Positions 59,209-64,000 of a DNA stretch of 64,000 nucleotides are shown in pieces (the first letter of the stretch is position 1; every line of letters begins with the position of its first letter). Under the pieces are notes generated by a model that worked only from the letters and a program-made list of their open reading frames with translations, was not told the origin of the DNA and did not search any database. Position numbers and translations under genes: made by a program. Source of the DNA: Xanthobacteraceae bacterium (GTDB lineage Bacteria; Pseudomonadota; Alphaproteobacteria; Rhizobiales; Xanthobacteraceae); NCBI GenBank assembly GCA_035472475.1, contig DATIPA010000119.1:330-64329 (forward strand). The letters run 5' to 3'.

Positions 59209-59424
59209 GGGCCATCATGGGGGCCCGCCGCTCGCATCCGGAGCACGCTGACCGGCACTCCCCGGAGGGCAATGTCGTATGCGCCCAACGGCCCCGGGAT
59301 GGAATATCTAAGCATCCTTCGGCACCTACATGGACTTATTTTCTTAATTTAACCGCACAGTTGCGCTTATTTAAAATAAAATTCTATTTATGGGGATCGG
59401 CCCTCCTCTTTGAGAGCAGCGATC

Positions 59425-60927
59425 ATGTCCCTTCAGACCAGCCATCCGGCCGATTGGACCGGCGCGAACCGGGCGCGCAGCGACACCGCCCAGGTGCCAT
59501 GGATCAGCGAGGATTGGCTGTCCGTGGTGATCGGTCTTTTCATTTTTGTTCTGGCGCTGGCGGTGCTCGCCAACGTCGATCTGATCGGCTGGGTCGTCAC
59601 GACCTCGGTGTGGAGCAATGTAACGCTCGCGCTCAACACCAACTCGAAAACGTTCGCAGGGCTCGGGGGCATCGGTGCGCTGGTCGCGACCTACGTGGCG
59701 CTGCCCATCGTGTTCAGCGCGGCTGCGGTCGCGCTCAAGAGCGACGTGAAGAAATTCGCGCTCGCATTCACGGCGGTGTTCTGGATCGCGTATGCGAGCT
59801 GGATCGCCGGCAACTACGCCAATTTCGCGGCGGTGACCCCGGCCGAGCTCCAGAAATTCGGGATCAGCTGGTCGCTCAAGCTCACCAACGAGGGCGCCTA
59901 CATCTTCGCGCTGATCGCCGGGCTCTTGATCGCGAACTTCCTGCCGGGCTTCGCCGAAGCGATCAAGGATGCGGTCCGGCCCGAACTCTACATCAAGGTC
60001 GCGATCGTGATCTTGGGCGGCTTCTTCGCAGTGACTGCCGCCGGCAAGCTCAATCTTGCGAGCGCGCTGCTGCTGCGCGGGGTCGCGGCGATCGTCGAGG
60101 CCTATCTGATTTATTGGGCGGTGGTCTATTTTGTTGCCCGCAAATGGTTCGGCTTCAACCGCGAATGGGCGGCGCCGCTCGCATCCGGCATCTCGATCTG
60201 CGGCGTATCGGCAGCGATCGCGACCGGCGGCGCGATCCGGGCGCGGCCGCTCATACCGGTGCTGGTGTCCTCGCTGGTGGTCGTGTTCGCGGTGATCGAA
60301 GTGCTGATCCTGCCGTTCCTGGCGCAGACGTTCCTCTCCGGCGAGCCGCTGGTGGCCGGCGCCTGGATGGGGCTTGCGGTCAAGACCGACGGCGCCGCGG
60401 TCGCAGCCGGCGGGATCACCGAGTCACTGATCCTGGCGAAGGCCGCAGCCGAAGGCATCAAGTATCAGCCAGGCTGGATTCTTGGCACCGCCGCGACCGT
60501 GAAGGTGTTCATCGACATTTTCATCGGCATCTGGGCATTCGTGCTCGGCTGGATCTGGACCAACCACATCAACAAGTCGGGCAGCGACAAGGCCAGGATC
60601 GTGGAGATCTGGGAGCGCTTTCCCAAATTCATCATCGGGTTCGTGATCACGTTCGCGGTCGGGCTCTATCTCGCCCTGGGAACTCCGGCCGAGATCGCGT
60701 CGAAAGTGCCGGCCGCGATCGGCGAGGCGAATGCGTTCCGGGTGATCTTCTTCATCCTGACGTTCTTCTCGATCGGCGTTCTCTCCAACTTCAGGAAGCT
60801 GTGGCAGGAGGGTATCGGCAAACTCGCCGCCGTTTATGTGGTCAGCTTGTTCGGCTTCGTGATCTGGGTCGGTCTGCTGATCTCGTGGCTGTTCTTCGCC
60901 GGCATCAAGCCACCGCTGGCCAGCTGA
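59425..60927 (+). CDS. UPF0324 / YeiH-like (putative sulfate-exporter family) polytopic membrane protein
   Basis: About 500 aa from ATG 59425 (ORF 59410 starts at TTG). Many TM segments. SGISICGVSAAIATGGAI is typical of the YeiH family. Confidence 0.7.
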   Translation: MSLQTSHPADWTGANRARSDTAQVPWISEDWLSVVIGLFIFVLALAVLANVDLIGWVVTTSVWSNVTLALNTNSKTFAGLGGIGALVATYVALPIVFSAAAVALKSDVKKFALAFTAVFWIAYASWIAGNYANFAAVTPAELQKFGISWSLKLTNEGAYIFALIAGLLIANFLPGFAEAIKDAVRPELYIKVAIVILGGFFAVTAAGKLNLASALLLRGVAAIVEAYLIYWAVVYFVARKWFGFNREWAAPLASGISICGVSAAIATGGAIRARPLIPVLVSSLVVVFAVIEVLILPFLAQTFLSGEPLVAGAWMGLAVKTDGAAVAAGGITESLILAKAAAEGIKYQPGWILGTAATVKVFIDIFIGIWAFVLGWIWTNHINKSGSDKARIVEIWERFPKFIIGFVITFAVGLYLALGTPAEIASKVPAAIGEANAFRVIFFILTFFSIGVLSNFRKLWQEGIGKLAAVYVVSLFGFVIWVGLLISWLFFAGIKPPLAS

Positions 60928-60945
60928 ACTTCGGAGTAACTCATC

Positions 60946-61101
60946 ATGTCGCAACCGAACATCCGCGACGAACTGCGCAAAGCCCCGACCGAGCCGCTGC
61001 TGCCGATCGAAAAACAATTGATCGGCTGGAGCCTGGGGATCGGTGTCGCGCTGCTGGTCGTGCTTGCAGTCGTCAACCACTACTTCCCGGTGACGCTGTA
61101 A
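60946..61101 (+). CDS. Small (51-aa) single-TM hypothetical protein, below the ORF-track cutoff
   Basis: ATG 60946 with GGAG 9 nt upstream. Translation MSQPNIRDELRKAPTEPLLPIEKQLIGWSLGIGVALLVVLAVVNHYFPVTL, GC3-rich. Starts 19 nt after the YeiH-like stop. Confidence 0.4.
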   Translation: MSQPNIRDELRKAPTEPLLPIEKQLIGWSLGIGVALLVVLAVVNHYFPVTL

Positions 61102-61156
61102 GAGACCATGTAACGGCGTCGCGGCTTGCGAGCCGACGTCATGCTGGAGGCGGCGC

Positions 61157-63838
61157 ATGAACGTGCACCAGCCGCCGCAGATACGAACTACGTGTCCCTA
61201 TTGCGGGGTCGGGTGCGGCTTGCTGGCGGCGCCTGACGGCCGCGGCGGCGCGACGATTTCCGCCGACCCGGCGCATCCGGCGAACCTCGGCCGGATGTGC
61301 TCCAAAGGGGCAGCGCTCGACGACACCCTCGGTCTCACCGGACGGCTGCTGCACCCGATGCTGCGCCAGCGTGACGGTTCCTTCGCGCGCGTGGATTGGA
61401 CGAGCGCCCTCAATCGCGTTGCCGGGGAGTTCGAGCGCATCCTCGATCGCGACGGGCCGGACGCGATCGCGTTCTATCTCTCCGGTCAGCTTCTGATCGA
61501 GGATTATTACGTCGCCAACAAGCTGATGAAGGGCTTTCTCGGATCCGCCAATGTCGACACCAATTCACGCCTGTGCATGGCCTCGACCGTCGCAGGGCAT
61601 CGGCGGGCATTCGGGTCCGACACCGTGCCGGGCGCCTATGAGGATCTCGAGCGCGCCGACCTGATCGTGCTGGTCGGGTCCAACGCGGCCTGGTGCCATC
61701 CTGTGCTCTACCAGCGCATGATCGCCAACAAACACACGCGCGGCGCAAAGATTGTCGTGATCGATCCCCGCCGCACCGCGACCGCCGAGGACGCCGATAT
61801 GGTCCTGCAGCTCGCGAGCGGGAGCGACAGCGCGCTGTTCTGCGGCCTGCTGGTGCATCTCGCCGAACAGGACGCGCTCGACCGCCTTGCCATCGAGGCT
61901 CATACCAGCGGCTTCGACCAGGCGCTGGCGCGCGCCTACGAGATCGCACCCGATGCGCGCGCCGCCGCGCGCGCGACCGGTTTGAGCCCGGACGAGGTGA
62001 CGCGTTTCTTTGATTTGTTCCGCACGACCGAAAAGGTGGTGACCGCGTTCTCGCAGGGCGTCAACCAGTCGGCGCAGGGCACCGACAAAGTCAATGCGAT
62101 CATCAATTGTCATCTGGCGACCGGCCGCATCGGCAAGCCCGGTATGGGGCCGTTCTCGCTCACCGGCCAGCCCAACGCCATGGGGGGACGCGAGGTCGGC
62201 GGCCTCGCCAACCAGCTCGCCGCCCACATGGGCTTTACGCCTGACGAGATCGACCGCGTGCGCCGATTCTGGGACGCACCGCGCGTGGCGAGCCAAGAGG
62301 GCCACAAAGCGGTCGCCATGTTCGACGCGATCGCGCGCGGCAAGATCAAAGCGCTGTGGGTCATGGCGACCAACCCGGCGGTGTCGATGCCGGATGCGTC
62401 CCTGGTGCGCGCGGGGCTCTCCAAGCTTGAGTTGCTGGTGGTGTCCGACAATGTGTTTTCGAACGACACCGTGAACAGCGGCGCACACATTCTGCTGCCG
62501 GCCGCCGCCTGGGGCGAGAAGGACGGCACCGTCACCAATTCGGAACGGCGGATCTCGCGGCAGCGCGCGTTCCTGCCGCTTCCGGGCGACGCGATGCCGG
62601 ACTGGTGGATGGTCACGCAAGTCGCGCACCGGCTCGGGTTTGACGACCGGTTCCCCTATCGCTCCGCCGCCGACGTGTTTCGAGAGCACGCGGCGCTCTC
62701 GGCGTTCGAGAACGACGGTACGCGCGACTTCGATATCGGCGCACTGGCGACGCTCGACGACGACGGCTACGACGCGCTCGAACCGACGCAATGGCCCGCG
62801 CCCGCCGGACGGCCCAGTCGCGAACGCCTGTTCGCGGACGGTCATTTTTTCACGCCCGACCACAAGGCCCGGTTCATCCCGCCGGAGCCGTTGGCGCCCG
62901 GCGCCGAGACCACACAAGACTTTCCATTCCGCCTCAATACCGGGCGCGTGCGCGATCAATGGCACACCATGACGCGCACCGGCATGAGCCCGAAGCTCGC
63001 GGCGCATCGCGCCGAGCCATTCGTCGACGTCCACCCCGCCGACGCGGCGCGCATCGGCCTGCGCAACGACGGCTTTGCGCGCGTTGCGACCGGTTATGGC
63101 GCGGGCGTGCTCAAGGTCCGCCTCGATGCCGGTCAGCAGCCTGGCACGCTGTTTGTTCCGATTCACTGGAGCGAGGTCAATTCCGCGGCCGCGCGCGTCG
63201 GCGATCTCGTGGCGCCGGTGACCGACCCCCATTCGGGCCAGCCCGACGCCAAGGCGACGCCCGCGTCGATCGCGCCGCTCGAGTTTCGCATGCGTGGGTT
63301 TGCGCTCACCCGCGTGCCGATCGCGCTGCTCGGCGACACGTGGTGGGTGCGGATCGCGGTTGCCAACGGGTTCGGCTACAGCTTCGCGACCAACAAGAGT
63401 CCCGCCGCCTGGCGCGATCATCTGGCCGGGACCTTCGCGGGTGAGCCCGCCGAGTACGTCGACGAGGCCCGCGGCATCTTCCGGGCCGCGTCCTTCATCG
63501 ACGGGCGCCTTGGCGGTTGCATCTTTGTCGGCCCCGCAGGGGCGGTGCCGCCATGGGACGCGGTCAAGGCATTGTTCGAGGCCGATGCCATCGCCGAACG
63601 CGAACGCCAGACATTGCTCTCCGGCCGCAATGGCCTGCCGGATCCCGGGCCGGTGATATGTGCCTGCTTTGCGGTCGGTCTCGCGCAGATTCAAAACATG
63701 GTTGCATCCGGCGCAACGACGGTCGAAAACATCGGCAAGGCGTTGCGCGCGGGGACCAATTGCGGGTCGTGTTTGCCCGAGCTGCGGAGGCTTGTCGCCC
63801 GCACGCAAGCCGTGGAGGTTAGTCATGAGCGCGTCTGA
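61157..63838 (+). CDS. nasC: Assimilatory nitrate reductase catalytic subunit (molybdopterin, N-terminal 4Fe-4S, C-terminal BFD-like 2Fe-2S)
   Basis: 893-aa ORF with a GGAGG SD. CPYCGVGCG...C motif, MopB domains and a C-terminal CACF...CGSC BFD-like domain. Confidence 0.9.
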   Translation: MNVHQPPQIRTTCPYCGVGCGLLAAPDGRGGATISADPAHPANLGRMCSKGAALDDTLGLTGRLLHPMLRQRDGSFARVDWTSALNRVAGEFERILDRDGPDAIAFYLSGQLLIEDYYVANKLMKGFLGSANVDTNSRLCMASTVAGHRRAFGSDTVPGAYEDLERADLIVLVGSNAAWCHPVLYQRMIANKHTRGAKIVVIDPRRTATAEDADMVLQLASGSDSALFCGLLVHLAEQDALDRLAIEAHTSGFDQALARAYEIAPDARAAARATGLSPDEVTRFFDLFRTTEKVVTAFSQGVNQSAQGTDKVNAIINCHLATGRIGKPGMGPFSLTGQPNAMGGREVGGLANQLAAHMGFTPDEIDRVRRFWDAPRVASQEGHKAVAMFDAIARGKIKALWVMATNPAVSMPDASLVRAGLSKLELLVVSDNVFSNDTVNSGAHILLPAAAWGEKDGTVTNSERRISRQRAFLPLPGDAMPDWWMVTQVAHRLGFDDRFPYRSAADVFREHAALSAFENDGTRDFDIGALATLDDDGYDALEPTQWPAPAGRPSRERLFADGHFFTPDHKARFIPPEPLAPGAETTQDFPFRLNTGRVRDQWHTMTRTGMSPKLAAHRAEPFVDVHPADAARIGLRNDGFARVATGYGAGVLKVRLDAGQQPGTLFVPIHWSEVNSAAARVGDLVAPVTDPHSGQPDAKATPASIAPLEFRMRGFALTRVPIALLGDTWWVRIAVANGFGYSFATNKSPAAWRDHLAGTFAGEPAEYVDEARGIFRAASFIDGRLGGCIFVGPAGAVPPWDAVKALFEADAIAERERQTLLSGRNGLPDPGPVICACFAVGLAQIQNMVASGATTVENIGKALRAGTNCGSCLPELRRLVARTQAVEVSHERV

Positions 63839-64000
63839 CAGGACCCGCAAACCGAGCGAGGCGCGTTCGCCGCGCATGGACGACCTGGCGCGCCTGCCGG
63901 TGTTCTTCGCGCTCGAGGGCAAACGCGCGATGGTCGCCGGCGCAGGCCCGGGCGCGCCCTGGAAGGTCGAACTGCTGTCGGCCGCCGGTGCCCACGTTGA
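63825..64000 (+). CDS. cysG: Sirohaem synthase (precorrin-2 dehydrogenase N-terminal domain), 3'-truncated by the window end
   Basis: ATG 63825 overlaps the nasC end by 14 nt. LPVFFALEGKRAMVAGAGPGAPWKVELLSAAGAHV resembles the CysG N-terminal Rossmann region. Confidence 0.65.
   Translation, partial: MSASDRTRKPSEARSPRMDDLARLPVFFALEGKRAMVAGAGPGAPWKVELLSAAGAHV

Noticed and set aside
59217-61160. 647-aa plus-strand ORF overlapping the UPF0324 gene in another frame
   Set aside because: It is Arg/Gly/Asp-rich and non-membrane-like, while the alternative frame (59425..60927) gives a coherent polytopic membrane protein with the YeiH-family motif.
61565-63922. 785-aa minus-strand ORF
   Set aside because: It is antisense to nasC, which has clear 4Fe-4S, MopB and BFD motifs. 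This is a shadow ORF.

Overview
High-GC (about 65% by eye) chromosomal segment of an alphaproteobacterium. Gene content looks Bradyrhizobiaceae-like: ROSE-hsp20-DUF1150, NasS/NasT, a Bjgb-type globin and several Bug/TctC binding proteins. No transposase, integrase, CRISPR array or rRNA was seen. The layout is as follows. (1) 0-17.6 kb holds an aromatic/organic-acid catabolic neighbourhood: two paralogous Rieske oxygenases, a Rieske ferredoxin, three amidohydrolase-2 enzymes across the window, a LigB-type extradiol dioxygenase, an HpaB-type monooxygenase, a Udh-like dehydrogenase, a TRAP transporter, and MarR and 2x GntR regulators. (2) 17.7-23.2 kb holds a redox cluster: TrxR-like reductase, then a gene with an in-frame UGA, then TctC, AhpD-like protein and LLM monooxygenase. 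(3) 23.8-31.9 kb holds a Dpp/Opp-type ABC operon with tandemly duplicated binding proteins. (4) 32-46.6 kb is a housekeeping block: folC-accD-trpA-trpB-trpF, ihfB, sppA, rpsA, cmk, aroA and tRNA-Ala. (5) 46.7-50.1 kb holds a gamma-resorcylate-decarboxylase-like gene, hsp20 with a ROSE-like leader, and ptsN-like. (6) 50.7-64 kb holds a nitrate-assimilation/NO-detoxification cluster: nasT-nasS, globin, flavoprotein, FNT channel, nirA, cysJ-like, UPF0324 membrane protein, nasC and the start of cysG. The most interesting signal is at 18633-20267. A TGA sits in frame inside a UxxC motif and is followed by a SECIS-like hairpin, which suggests an unannotated selenoprotein next to a thioredoxin-reductase-like gene. 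All calls come from reading the sequence and ORF translations, and family names come from recalled motifs. No database searches were run.
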